From sequence record NC_015251.1: a stretch of 64,000 nucleotides of DNA, one strand, 5' to 3'. Below are positions 13,425 to 23,764 of this stretch, one piece after another. The translations under genes were made by a program, and so were the position numbers. The notes beneath the pieces were generated by a model that saw only the letters and a program-made list of their open reading frames with translations, did not search any database and was not told the origin of the DNA. Each line of letters begins with the position of its first letter. Position 1 is the first letter of the stretch.

Positions 13425-13465
13425 GAAAAGCCCCAATGCGTTTTTATTATGCATTGGGGCTTTTT
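13425..13465. terminator. terminator upstream of gp13
   Basis: AAAAGCCCCAATGC...GCATTGGGGCTTTT. Confidence 0.7.
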
Positions 13466-13618
13466 ATTAAGATTTTTTATTCTTTTCGATCTCTTCCTGA
13501 TTTTCAAGTTGTTTTTTTGTTAACATTTCTCCCACGCCTTTAACACTTGTGTCAGGACTTCCAGCCGATTTGTTCTAAAGAACAAAAGTATGCCGGTTTG
13601 CATTTTATAGCCCCCCTT

Positions 13619-15115
13619 TCAAGAAAGTTGTATTCTCGTAGTTCTGGTTGAGACTGTACCATAAGGGTTAATAAACGATGCAAAATAGAATATTGATAAA
13701 TCCGTTTCGGCAGTTATTCCTATAGATAATTGTTTTTGGTTCCTAACAATATTACCTCTAGAGTCGTGCCACTCAACCGAATCATATCTTTCCGCATCAA
13801 CGTCTATAACAACCGTATCACCTATATTTGCAATATATACCATATTAGGTTGAAGGGTTATTTTTGGAGCTACGGTACTCCACCACGTCACATCTCCCTC
13901 AATATCCAACTCAAGTTTTCCGTTGGTTGAGGTTAATTTATTATCGCCATTGTTTGATATATTAAAAAGATAACTAACGTCATCTAGAAATATTTCAAAT
14001 TGTTCAATTCTGATACCAGAACCGTTTTTACCAAACACGGTATTAAGTCCATTATCTAAACTTAAATACGGTTCGGTTATTCTTGCGTATACTTCACCGT
14101 TAACATATAACCTTATGTTATTGGCGAATCCATTATTAACATCAAACCAAACAGATATACCAATACTAATACTACGTGGTATATTATATTTTAGTTTACT
14201 TCGATGATAAATTCCATCCGGTGTTTTTACCCAAAATTCATTTTTAATCAGATCTATACCGATACCAGTAGAGACGTTACCAACGTCCTTAGACGCAATT
14301 GTAAGCTCATCTGCACTATCACTCAATATCAACCCACCAGATATCTTATGGGAGCGGTTAGCGACCATTAGAGGCTGATTAGCAACAAACCCAGCAGCCC
14401 TATTGAATATTATAGATTCGTTGGTAATGGTTTGTGGTGTTGGGTGATAATCAATGACTTTATTTGTAGTTGTTACTTGTGGTGAATCGAATGAGAAGTT
14501 ACCATTGGTATTATACCTAACACCTATACCAAAGTTAAATTGAATAACGCAATCTTGTTTAGCGGTAAATGTAGAATATATGCTAGTTCTTGTATTATTA
14601 ACCAATGGATGATCATCAAACTTTTTGGTAAATGTTAGATAATCTGATGAATCTTCCCCATTATCCATATAGATATCTGCTAATACTCCACTATGGACCA
14701 ATGTTTCATCGTTATTTCTAACCATAACACTTGCCGTATATACCTTATCTTTCTTAAGGGATAGTCTGGTTTGGAAAAATATTCTAGAATCTATTGCTCT
14801 AAAAGTGTATCCTCTGGTATTTTCATTATCTTGATTGAAATACATAGCGAATGCATTGTTTCCAGTGTTAAACGAGTTATTATAAATCGTATAACATGGT
14901 GGAACGTGTCCAATTTTCGTATTATTTGCATACATGTATATATCAGAACCATTCAACATTCTACTATTTGATAATAGGTTTTCTTCCCCAATATCATATG
15001 CTCTATGCCAAGCCCCTTTAGAAAAAACCCAAGGTACAGATCTATGCCAGTTATTATGAAAAATATTAGGTGTGGCGTCATGCGCCACACCCTCCTTATA
15101 AATTTTGGTAGCCAT
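13619..15115 (-). CDS. putative whisker/fibre-associated adhesin (CBM-like + LamG-like + Ig-like)
   Basis: Aromatic N-terminus (WHRSVPWVFSKGAWHR), ENLLSNS start of a beta-sandwich, IRLYVNGE, and C-terminal APKITLQP...SVEW...FINPYGTVST Ig pattern; directly downstream of wac. Confidence 0.55.
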   Translation of the reverse strand: MATKIYKEGVAHDATPNIFHNNWHRSVPWVFSKGAWHRAYDIGEENLLSNSRMLNGSDIYMYANNTKIGHVPPCYTIYNNSFNTGNNAFAMYFNQDNENTRGYTFRAIDSRIFFQTRLSLKKDKVYTASVMVRNNDETLVHSGVLADIYMDNGEDSSDYLTFTKKFDDHPLVNNTRTSIYSTFTAKQDCVIQFNFGIGVRYNTNGNFSFDSPQVTTTNKVIDYHPTPQTITNESIIFNRAAGFVANQPLMVANRSHKISGGLILSDSADELTIASKDVGNVSTGIGIDLIKNEFWVKTPDGIYHRSKLKYNIPRSISIGISVWFDVNNGFANNIRLYVNGEVYARITEPYLSLDNGLNTVFGKNGSGIRIEQFEIFLDDVSYLFNISNNGDNKLTSTNGKLELDIEGDVTWWSTVAPKITLQPNMVYIANIGDTVVIDVDAERYDSVEWHDSRGNIVRNQKQLSIGITAETDLSIFYFASFINPYGTVSTRTTRIQLS

Positions 15116-15126
15116 TAAAATATTCC

Positions 15127-18100
15127 TTAGTTAATGAACTCAAAGAACAAATCCCCTTCTTTCGGTGTAGCTGGTGCATCGGTTGCGAAATCACGGTAGT
15201 AATATGCGCGGGTCCATTCACCATCCTGTCTAACGTATTTATTCCCATCGTCAGGAGCCTCAAATTCATTTTTGGTAAGTATTTCATCACCATTTATGGT
15301 CATTTGAGTTGCGTTTACTCTTATAGGAACTGTAGAATCACCCAGTTGAATAAATTTCTCGATGGTAGGCTGAGAAATACTAAGCATATTAACCGACTGA
15401 CCTGAGATTGTTGTTGATATACCAAACGAGTTATTAGCTCCTACTTCGGTAATCTTCATTTGTGTAACTTTACCAGCAAACTCTAAGAATGTAGTATTGT
15501 CACCAATCTTCATCAACTTATCAACGCCAACAGTTTCAACTTTAGCAACGTCATATGTTCCGATCTTATATGCTTTTGTAGAGTTGATAACAACGTCTTT
15601 ATTGGGGTCCACACCATCATGGATTAGTGTCCATTGCTTCCCTTTCCGCGCATAGAAATTGGTATCGTTCGGCGCATCGTCTGCGTCAGTCCATACCTTA
15701 CTTGCACTACCAACCAAGCCAACATAAAGAGCACCGGTTGAGTAAACAGGAACTACGTTAGTTGCATCACCGATAACAAGAGAAGATGCACCGCGATCAA
15801 TTACACTACCCAGAGCCGTTGATATTTTTCTATTCAAAACAAAATCGTTTACAACACCTTCCAGTTTAACAAAGCCAGATGCCGCGCCGATATGAGTGGT
15901 TACACTTGCAGAATCTACAGATATCGCATTTACAACACCACCATTAGTGGTTGCTCTAATTGCAACGTTGGTTCCAAGTTGGATATCACGACCACCAACT
16001 TCTTGCCATGCACCAACACCATCGTCATTGACTCTTGCATAAGCTTTTCCTGATTGTGGAACTTCTGGAATATTTCCAGACCCACCAGATCCAGATGTAA
16101 TTACTTCCCATTGGTTATTTTTTCTTGCGTAAAAACTTCCATCGGAAGGTGCATCCATTCCTTGATGCCAAACCTTATAAAGAGTTGAAGCCGGTCCTTG
16201 TACATAGAAATCAGTGGATAATACGTTCTGTGCGTCTGCATCACCAAATATTATTTTATTTGAAGATTGAGAAACGACTGTACGTTCTGTATCTATTCCG
16301 ACATTAAACTTAATAGAACCCATGGGATCCAATACAAGTTTGTTGATATTGCTATCTATGGTCATAGTAGTTTGAGCAGAACCAAGAACAAAATCACTAC
16401 CAACCAGTTTTATAAAATCAGCGCCTGCATATCCAATTTTAGAATCTTGGTCTAAAGTAAAACCATTTTCTGGGTTTATGTCAGAAATATAACTGTTATA
16501 GTTACCAACGTGAAGAACTTCATATTCTCCATTACTAGTTAGGTATTTCAATGAAGAGTTATTTTTCCCACTGATAACGAAACTCTTATCCAGTTGACCA
16601 ACTGATACAGTTCTATCGGTAGATCCAAATAATATTTGTCCGAATTTTATAATATCAGAGGTTTGTTCTAGATATACGTTACCAATCAATTCTCCCAAGA
16701 CACGAACTTTAGTTGTTCCGTTATGTCCTATGGTAGGGATGTATTTCCCATCAGACCCAAGAGTGTAAGATAATACGTTAGTATCATCGGCAGCTTTTAT
16801 CTTATTATCTTCACCAAGTAGGAAATCAGTTTTAAATATGTTTCTCCAATCCCATTTAGTGCCGTCATATTCCCGCGCCCATGCAGAACGTGTTACCTGA
16901 TCTGTTGGGTTTGTCGCGTAGCCATTACCGGACTGATATTCTTGAAACATTCCGTCATACATTTCTTTTGAAGAAAGATAAACACCTTTCTTAACAAAAT
17001 CCACATCGGATGGCTTTTTAGAACCTTCCATCTTAACGTATAAACCTGTATTTGGATCCGAAACCGTTTTCTGAAGGTCTGAGATTGCAGTTCTATATTC
17101 AACGTTTACTGTTTCAGTCAGATTACCAACCCTATTATCCAAATCAGTAAAATGACCAGCTTCTCTTATATCAATAGCCCCAACTTTACCTTGCAAACCA
17201 TCAAGTGGACTGGCTCCCAATATAATTTCGTTTGTGGCGACTCGAAGACCCAGATCATTTATTTTCCCCCAAGCGGAAGGATTCAGAGTGGAATCGGCAG
17301 GAGATCCCAATGACCGGTCAATATCATCGATCTTGTTGGCGCTCTGCTTAGTTATATCTGCGATATAATCGATATCTTTCTTATTATTCTTAGAATAATC
17401 TATTAGTGTATCTATATCGATGTATGTCTCTGTTTCAACATCAAGATATTGCAGCGGAAATTCATCTAAACCTGTATGAGTTACTAGATTTTCAACAATC
17501 GGTGTATTAGTTTCTTCAGAGGATTCTAAACTATCGATTCGATTATATATCGTTTCCGGATTACCATTCGAATCACCCAATTCACTTCTTATTTGGTTAA
17601 CTTCTTCCATCAAAGACGCTGGGGTTGAATCGTCCCACCATTTTTCAAGAGCGGTAATTCTAGAGCCTTGGTTAACTAAAGAATTATAATTTCGCTCCAC
17701 TTGACCCTTAACACCATTGGCAGTAACGCCGGGGGCGGGATCCCCATCTATATTAAAATCGGTATAATTACCAATCATTCTTTTAATATGGAGATCGTCT
17801 TCCCTTAGAGTTCTATATCTCATAGAGGGATCGCCAACACCAATATTATCGGATATAGATTTTATCTTGACTTCAGTAACGGTATCAACATCCTTTAGGA
17901 TGGTTATTTCATTACTATGGGTTGTAGTAATGTCTTCTAACGCATCTACACGCTCATATAAATCAAGCCCATCACCCGAGTTTATAATCTCGTCATGTAT
18001 ATTGACTTTAGTTATAATCTCATTAACAGTCTCTAACATAGTATCTTGGTTTTTATCCAAAATATCTACGTTAGTTGATACTTGTACGGATGTTCTATTA

Positions 18101-18252
18101 ATAACACCACTTTTATCACCAACTATAGTTGGGTCTGCACCTACTGAACGTTCCCCATTTTTAACCCAGTCGATTTGTTGCTGACCGGAGCCAGCAACAG
18201 GAACTTCTGTGGTATATTTAAGATCGTCTAATATTGGTTTAATAATTTCCAT
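15127..18252 (-). CDS. wac: fibritin/whisker protein Wac, extended (about 1040 aa) with multiple foldon motifs
   Basis: N-terminus LDDLKYTTEVPVAGSGQQQIDWVKNGE...VINRTSVQVSTNVDILDKN matches T4 Wac; coiled coil; foldon-like APxDGxxYxRxxxxW repeats. Confidence 0.9.
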   Translation of the reverse strand: MEIIKPILDDLKYTTEVPVAGSGQQQIDWVKNGERSVGADPTIVGDKSGVINRTSVQVSTNVDILDKNQDTMLETVNEIITKVNIHDEIINSGDGLDLYERVDALEDITTTHSNEITILKDVDTVTEVKIKSISDNIGVGDPSMRYRTLREDDLHIKRMIGNYTDFNIDGDPAPGVTANGVKGQVERNYNSLVNQGSRITALEKWWDDSTPASLMEEVNQIRSELGDSNGNPETIYNRIDSLESSEETNTPIVENLVTHTGLDEFPLQYLDVETETYIDIDTLIDYSKNNKKDIDYIADITKQSANKIDDIDRSLGSPADSTLNPSAWGKINDLGLRVATNEIILGASPLDGLQGKVGAIDIREAGHFTDLDNRVGNLTETVNVEYRTAISDLQKTVSDPNTGLYVKMEGSKKPSDVDFVKKGVYLSSKEMYDGMFQEYQSGNGYATNPTDQVTRSAWAREYDGTKWDWRNIFKTDFLLGEDNKIKAADDTNVLSYTLGSDGKYIPTIGHNGTTKVRVLGELIGNVYLEQTSDIIKFGQILFGSTDRTVSVGQLDKSFVISGKNNSSLKYLTSNGEYEVLHVGNYNSYISDINPENGFTLDQDSKIGYAGADFIKLVGSDFVLGSAQTTMTIDSNINKLVLDPMGSIKFNVGIDTERTVVSQSSNKIIFGDADAQNVLSTDFYVQGPASTLYKVWHQGMDAPSDGSFYARKNNQWEVITSGSGGSGNIPEVPQSGKAYARVNDDGVGAWQEVGGRDIQLGTNVAIRATTNGGVVNAISVDSASVTTHIGAASGFVKLEGVVNDFVLNRKISTALGSVIDRGASSLVIGDATNVVPVYSTGALYVGLVGSASKVWTDADDAPNDTNFYARKGKQWTLIHDGVDPNKDVVINSTKAYKIGTYDVAKVETVGVDKLMKIGDNTTFLEFAGKVTQMKITEVGANNSFGISTTISGQSVNMLSISQPTIEKFIQLGDSTVPIRVNATQMTINGDEILTKNEFEAPDDGNKYVRQDGEWTRAYYYRDFATDAPATPKEGDLFFEFIN

Positions 18253-18290
18253 CAGGATTCCCTTATTTATATAAATCACTACTTTAGTAT

Positions 18291-19637
18291 TTAGGCTTGC
18301 GCATACACATCCTTATATCCATATACTCTCCACAATCTTGAGTTTTCTGAGGAAGTAAAGAATGTTCTTCCATCTGAACCAAATTTACCCATCCAATATA
18401 TTCCATCGGTTGAAAATACAAAGTAATTCACACGTTGTTGAAGTAGAGTTAATTCGGTTTTATCAAATGATTTTGTCACAAACCCATATTGATCATCTCC
18501 GGACCCTTCAAATATAATACCATCATAATTATCCCAACGATCATTTAATGAAAAGTTTCCGTTGGGTAGACCACCATTATAATTGAATAGTTGAGTAAGA
18601 ACCCGATTTGTCTTTTTAAATAAAGAACCATTGACAATTCTATTATTTATTTGAGTTTGAAGATTCGCATCCGCGCCATCAACATAATCTTTTCTTGTCA
18701 AAGCATTGGGATCTAACGATTGTGCTACGTTACTCCACATACCGTTCGCAGATATAGGAGCAGATATAGCCCCACCGGTAATCTTAGAAAGAAGGTTTGT
18801 TGCACCGTGGGCAGACAAAGCCTTATTGGTTGCCCCTGATTGAACCACGTCTAGAAGCGCTGTAATGCCGTATTGAGACGATGAAGCTATTGGTAGGGTA
18901 GCAGGACTAAGGGCAACATCGGTTGCTGTACGTGCGTTTGCTTGCGCCTGTGTAGCCATCACAACAGTACCGACCCTTGACTGGGTAGCTCTGGTTTCTA
19001 TAAATCCTTTCGGACTAACCGCAACCCCAACATGTAGGGCAGAATTTATAACTGGACTTGGGGATATTTTAACAACCCCATTTGTTGTTTCGGTTGCGGC
19101 GGCGGGGTTAGTGGTGATTGCAAATGTATCGATCATTGCCTTTACTACAAGCGGAGTTGTTACAGTTGTATTATCTGTACCAATTTGTCCAATTGCGGTA
19201 GTGGATAATTTAACCGATCCATTTTTGGTAGTAGTACCTAATGATTTGTTTCTTACAATATCCCATACACCGGCGGTATTCATACCAATAGAAACACTGG
19301 CAGACGCTTCAGCTCGTTCAGCTACGGTCGCGTATCTAACCAAACCCTTTACGGTATCAGATGCATCTGGTCTTATCCATTTAGCCTGTAATGTGGCTGG
19401 GGTTACAGTTGCATCAGTAACCATTCCCGCTAACACTTCAGCCTCGGTTGCTATTCTCAAAATACCCATTTTTGTGGTACTTGCTTTCATACTCTCATAT
19501 GTACCAATAGCATGAGGCTGAATAAGATTTGCCATCTTTTGTACATCAGTTGTATTAGATGGAAAATTAGTAGAGCTAGGATCTAGCTCCACCGATTCCG
19601 CTTTAGAACTGATATGTTGTTCTGTATTGTTTAACAT
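18291..19637 (-). CDS. gp12: short tail fibre gp12
   Basis: MLNNTEQHISSKAESVELDPSSTNFP; repeats GILRIATEAEV, GLVRYATVAE and GVVKIS; divergent C-terminal head domain. Confidence 0.9.
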   Translation of the reverse strand: MLNNTEQHISSKAESVELDPSSTNFPSNTTDVQKMANLIQPHAIGTYESMKASTTKMGILRIATEAEVLAGMVTDATVTPATLQAKWIRPDASDTVKGLVRYATVAERAEASASVSIGMNTAGVWDIVRNKSLGTTTKNGSVKLSTTAIGQIGTDNTTVTTPLVVKAMIDTFAITTNPAAATETTNGVVKISPSPVINSALHVGVAVSPKGFIETRATQSRVGTVVMATQAQANARTATDVALSPATLPIASSSQYGITALLDVVQSGATNKALSAHGATNLLSKITGGAISAPISANGMWSNVAQSLDPNALTRKDYVDGADANLQTQINNRIVNGSLFKKTNRVLTQLFNYNGGLPNGNFSLNDRWDNYDGIIFEGSGDDQYGFVTKSFDKTELTLLQQRVNYFVFSTDGIYWMGKFGSDGRTFFTSSENSRLWRVYGYKDVYAQA

Positions 19638-20604
19638 TTATCCAATCCTTTTCCAGTAATATAATTTTACTACGCTGGTATCATTCGCGGTTTTATCTTC
19701 CGATAAAAACATATTCCAATATCCATACCCATATCTAGCAGGAGATCCGACCGACCAATCCATATTCATACCGTATTGGCTCCATGGCTCTGGGGTATGA
19801 TCTCGCATATCTCGATAAGCAAAAGTTAATTGTATCTGTTCCTAAAGGGACCACATCACGAACATATAGATCATTAGTTTGGAAATCCAATAGCATTTCT
19901 AACGTTGCGTCACGGACCGCAGTTGCACTAGAACCATCGGGAACTGTAACTCTACGCCCAAATATATCAAGAATAGCTACATCACCAGCGTTTGGTGAAC
20001 TAACTAAACCAGAAAAAACAAGGGTATCTAATTGAGGGGAACCGCCGGGGTCGGTATTATCAGTATTAATGATTATACTATTAACATTCAAACGTCCAAC
20101 ATAAGCCGCATCAGATATTGCATTTTGTACGGTAGGAAAATCTACATGTTTTGTAATATCCTGTAGTGTTGCGTTTCCGATATTCCAACAACCGAAAGTG
20201 TATCCATTACGGGTTTGTATAAATTCATGATCCGTGGATTTACGTGATCGAATCTTAGAACCATCACGCGCCCTTGTGGGTTTTCCGCTGGTTCTTCCAT
20301 CAAATACGGTTGCACTGGCTACGTCAGATTCTACCGTTGATGTAACTGCCCCTAGAGGATTCAATTCCTCAATTACTACTTTGTATTTGGTTTTTCCATA
20401 TGCCAAATTGGTAGGTGTTATTTTTAGATTATCAGTTGCAGCCGTTGGGTCGGCTACAACTGTCCAAGATATACCATCATTAGAAGAACTCCATTCATAC
20501 CGAACAGTATATTCCGGCAAATCTGAAGAAGCTAATACACTGAATTGGTAAGCACTTCCCGAGTAGTATGTAACATTACTCGGCTGTTTATAAATATTTA
20601 TCAT
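19638..20604 (-). CDS. gp11: baseplate wedge/tail pin gp11 with N-terminal Ig-like domain (indel at 19821-19824)
   Basis: FPTVQNAISD and PQLDTLVFSGLV; the shifted frame gives RYGYGYWN...KLYYWKRIG* as at the gp11 C-terminus. Confidence 0.8.
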
Positions 20605-22747
20605 ATTCTACCCTTAACCATCTATGGGCTGTAATTGTAGGTTGAACGATTTGGATCGGGTTTACTGTTGCACTTGGTCTAGTCAACACATAATCCTCTC
20701 TGTATTTTTTATATCCCGGTCCTTCTTCGTCTGGGTCATATTGACAACCACCAACTAGAATATCACCATCAGGATCTGATATAAGTGATTTCTCTGTACT
20801 TTTTGTACCGGGGGTATTTTCTGCCAGAATAACAATCTCATTCGATCCTATGGTTCCACCCGCACTGTGGCGAGGATTCCCGTTTAGATCCAAATCATTA
20901 TTATTCAATCCATATAATGGATCGTTCATATTTTGACTATTCCAACCAGCAACTGTCATTCCCTCTGCATATCGAACCCATACACCCATTCCCATATAAG
21001 ATTGTGGGTTATTTGGGTTGTCAGCATTTTCGTAAATGGTCCCGATTGGATGAAACATATCAAACAACATAGAAACCGTACTTACTTTAACACCGATTTG
21101 GTCATTCGGATCTGGAATAACAGTAGTAGGACCGGGTCTGAATGGATCAGAATACATAATCTTTCCAGTTATGTTAACTGGGGATGATGCAATATATCTC
21201 TCATCAGTTTCACCAAGTATTTCATCAAGTTCTAACAAGGACCCTATATCGTTATTAAACCAACGAATGGTAACAACATCTTCATGTTCCAATTCATCAT
21301 TTATAACGATATCTCTCATCATACCCGCAGAATCCGGAACTGGGCTATAATCCACACCAGAAGGAACCCAGACACCACCAGAACCAATACACGATTCCTC
21401 GGTTATTGCATCCGCACCCTCACATATAAAGAATGGGATATCAGCAGAACCAGATTTAACTAATTGACGACCGTTTACCAAAAGTTCCAACGTATTCGGG
21501 TTGAATGTTTCGTTTGGCTGGAATCCGAATTCGGTAATAGTGAATCGATATTTAGATGATAAATCACCAACATAACGTCTACCCGTCTCAGATACATAAT
21601 CTATAGGTGTTAGTTTGTTCGAATATACACGAATAGTCGCAGTTTCGTATGAACTTCTATATGTAGCCAAACCATCAAGGAAAGTCTCTACAATAACCAC
21701 ATCACCAGCTTCACAAGGTTTATCCAAACGTATTGTATAACCATCAAGAGCTGTTATTTTACTAACACCAACTTTTAAAGTAACGTTAGCAGTTCCTTTA
21801 AAAGCGGCTACGATTTCAGGAACTACACCAGTTGAAACGTATTCTTTAGATGATGGTGATTGTTTGAATATGTAATCTTTTCCGTTGAACGTTACCTTTA
21901 AGAAGTTTTGATTCAGGGGAGTTTTATTAAGATCAAAAAGAATATATGATAAGTTTTTAGTATCATCGATATAGAATTTTGTAATCTCAATATTTTCTAC
22001 TTTACCTGTCAAAACAGAACTAGCAACACCTTTAGTATATCCATACTTAGTGTTATCAAGTTTTTTAGGAGTAACTACTATATTGGATTGTGGTGCTGGA
22101 TTAACACCAACGATAGAACCGTAGTTAGATTCCGGACCGTAGTCTGCACCATAATAAAGAATGTTACCGCGCTTATATACGTTCACAGCAGCGGGATTAT
22201 ATCCTGATGGAAATATATCAGAAAAGTCGGTTTGACCTTCAGTAGCAATATATTCCCGTTTTGCTACAGTAGAAACGTCCCCAGATTTAATATCATCAAC
22301 GAACTTACTTGATACGTATTCCCAATTACCAGGAGAGCAATACACAAGCTCTACGTCCATACGGTTTTTATCTAATCTGTGAGTTCCAGATCCACCCTTA
22401 ACCGTGTTAAAACCCGCAGGGATCAACAGGACTGGGTTAGAACCCCATGTACCATTAACATCACGAATACGAACCACGTTACCGTAATCAGCAACGGTCC
22501 CTAGAGGTAGTTCTACTGTGATCCGACCTGTGGTTGTGTTGATAACCCAAGCCTGTCCCATAACCGCCTTTAGAGGCTTAGTATGGTCTGAATATGGCTT
22601 CCATGCACCAGCGGCATGGGGGATATTACCATCCCCCAGATTGTAATATAACTCGTTAAAGTTATCGTTTGTCTTCTGTCCCCCTTTGCGGAGATAATCA
22701 CCAGTTCCGTCATCAACACGGTTACCTATTATAATTTGCTGTTTCAT
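20588..22747 (-). CDS. gp10: baseplate wedge subunit/tail pin gp10
   Basis: MKQQIIIGNRVDDGTGDYLRKGGQKTNDNFNELY, HPIGTIYENA, VQPTITAHRWLRV. Confidence 0.93.
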   Translation of the reverse strand: MKQQIIIGNRVDDGTGDYLRKGGQKTNDNFNELYYNLGDGNIPHAAGAWKPYSDHTKPLKAVMGQAWVINTTTGRITVELPLGTVADYGNVVRIRDVNGTWGSNPVLLIPAGFNTVKGGSGTHRLDKNRMDVELVYCSPGNWEYVSSKFVDDIKSGDVSTVAKREYIATEGQTDFSDIFPSGYNPAAVNVYKRGNILYYGADYGPESNYGSIVGVNPAPQSNIVVTPKKLDNTKYGYTKGVASSVLTGKVENIEITKFYIDDTKNLSYILFDLNKTPLNQNFLKVTFNGKDYIFKQSPSSKEYVSTGVVPEIVAAFKGTANVTLKVGVSKITALDGYTIRLDKPCEAGDVVIVETFLDGLATYRSSYETATIRVYSNKLTPIDYVSETGRRYVGDLSSKYRFTITEFGFQPNETFNPNTLELLVNGRQLVKSGSADIPFFICEGADAITEESCIGSGGVWVPSGVDYSPVPDSAGMMRDIVINDELEHEDVVTIRWFNNDIGSLLELDEILGETDERYIASSPVNITGKIMYSDPFRPGPTTVIPDPNDQIGVKVSTVSMLFDMFHPIGTIYENADNPNNPQSYMGMGVWVRYAEGMTVAGWNSQNMNDPLYGLNNNDLDLNGNPRHSAGGTIGSNEIVILAENTPGTKSTEKSLISDPDGDILVGGCQYDPDEEGPGYKKYREDYVLTRPSATVNPIQIVQPTITAHRWLRVEYDKYL

Positions 22748-22752
22748 CGTTA

Positions 22753-23680
22753 TTATGCCCCCGATTGCATCAATAGATTTAACGTATACATCTATTGCTG
22801 TTTGACTGATATTAGTTACTGTCAAAATAACAGAACTTCCAGTTATACTATAAGTTGCATCAAATAGAAGGTTATCTTCCGGCTTTGATGGAGTTCTTGT
22901 TCGTATACGCGCATATTCAGTTGAATATACATTGGTGTCTGTATTACTGGTATTATTTACCATCAGTAAAGTTTCGCAAGATTCTTGATGTACAGATGCA
23001 CCACGCTGAGTTACAAATAACATATGCTTTACTACGTTATATTGAGCTTTATTGAAAAGAACTACGTTACGTTGAGCACCAGCGGCTATATTAAGAATAT
23101 TGGCAGCGTATGAAGTAGCACTATCACCAAACATAGAATCTAATTTATAATTCCATTTAGAACCGGCTGGACTACCTTCTGTAACCCACAATCTAATTCT
23201 AAAGTTGGTTCTATTGATTACCATTCTGTTACCCAACGATCCGATAGAATCTCCGGTCCCAGTAGTTTTGATAATTACCTCTCTACCGGTTCCAAATCCT
23301 ACGGAACCATCAGTATTGACCAACTCAATACATTCCCCCGCATGACCACTACCAGCAGGAAGGTTTATTGTAATATCACCCGCACCATCTCTTGTAACTG
23401 ATATATCATGCATAGACCCAAAATCTACAGGGTTACCTGATGGCTGTTCTGAACCTGCATAATACGCTCTTGTATGTTTCTGGTAATAACCGGTTCCATG
23501 CAATGTTTGTACTCGGTTTCCAAATCCAGAAGTTTTACCTATTCTATAATCCCCGAACACGTTCCACATACTATTCAGATCTGCGTTTAGTTTTTCACCA
23601 CCATCAAATAGTGTATCACCCGTTCCCTCTTGACCACGTATACCAGTATCGATTAGCTCTTTTGGTTTTTGAATCGACAT
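22753..23680 (-). CDS. gp9: baseplate wedge tail-fibre connector gp9 (appears fused to gp10 in the ORF track)
   Basis: MSIQKPKELIDTG...GTGDTLFDGGEKLN, HGTGYYQKH, STEYARI; removing one G from the G5 run at 22758-22762 restores a TAATAA stop. Confidence 0.88.
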
Positions 23681-23729
23681 TATTTTATCCTCGTTGATAG
23701 ATTACTTTAGTATTTAGGGTTTTGAAATA

Positions 23730-23764
23730 AAAATCCCCAGCCGTTTAAGACTGGGGATTTTTTA
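23730..23764. terminator. terminator between gp8 and gp9
   Basis: AAAATCCCCAG...CTGGGGATTTT. Confidence 0.7.

Noticed and set aside
13462-13602. Possible micro-ORF of about 47 aa between the adhesin and gp13
   Set aside because: It needs two frame corrections to be open; support is too weak
20588-23680. Apparent 1030-aa gp9-gp10 fusion protein
   Set aside because: Removing one G from the G5 run restores an in-frame TAATAA right before the gp10 ATG; consistent with the homopolymer errors elsewhere
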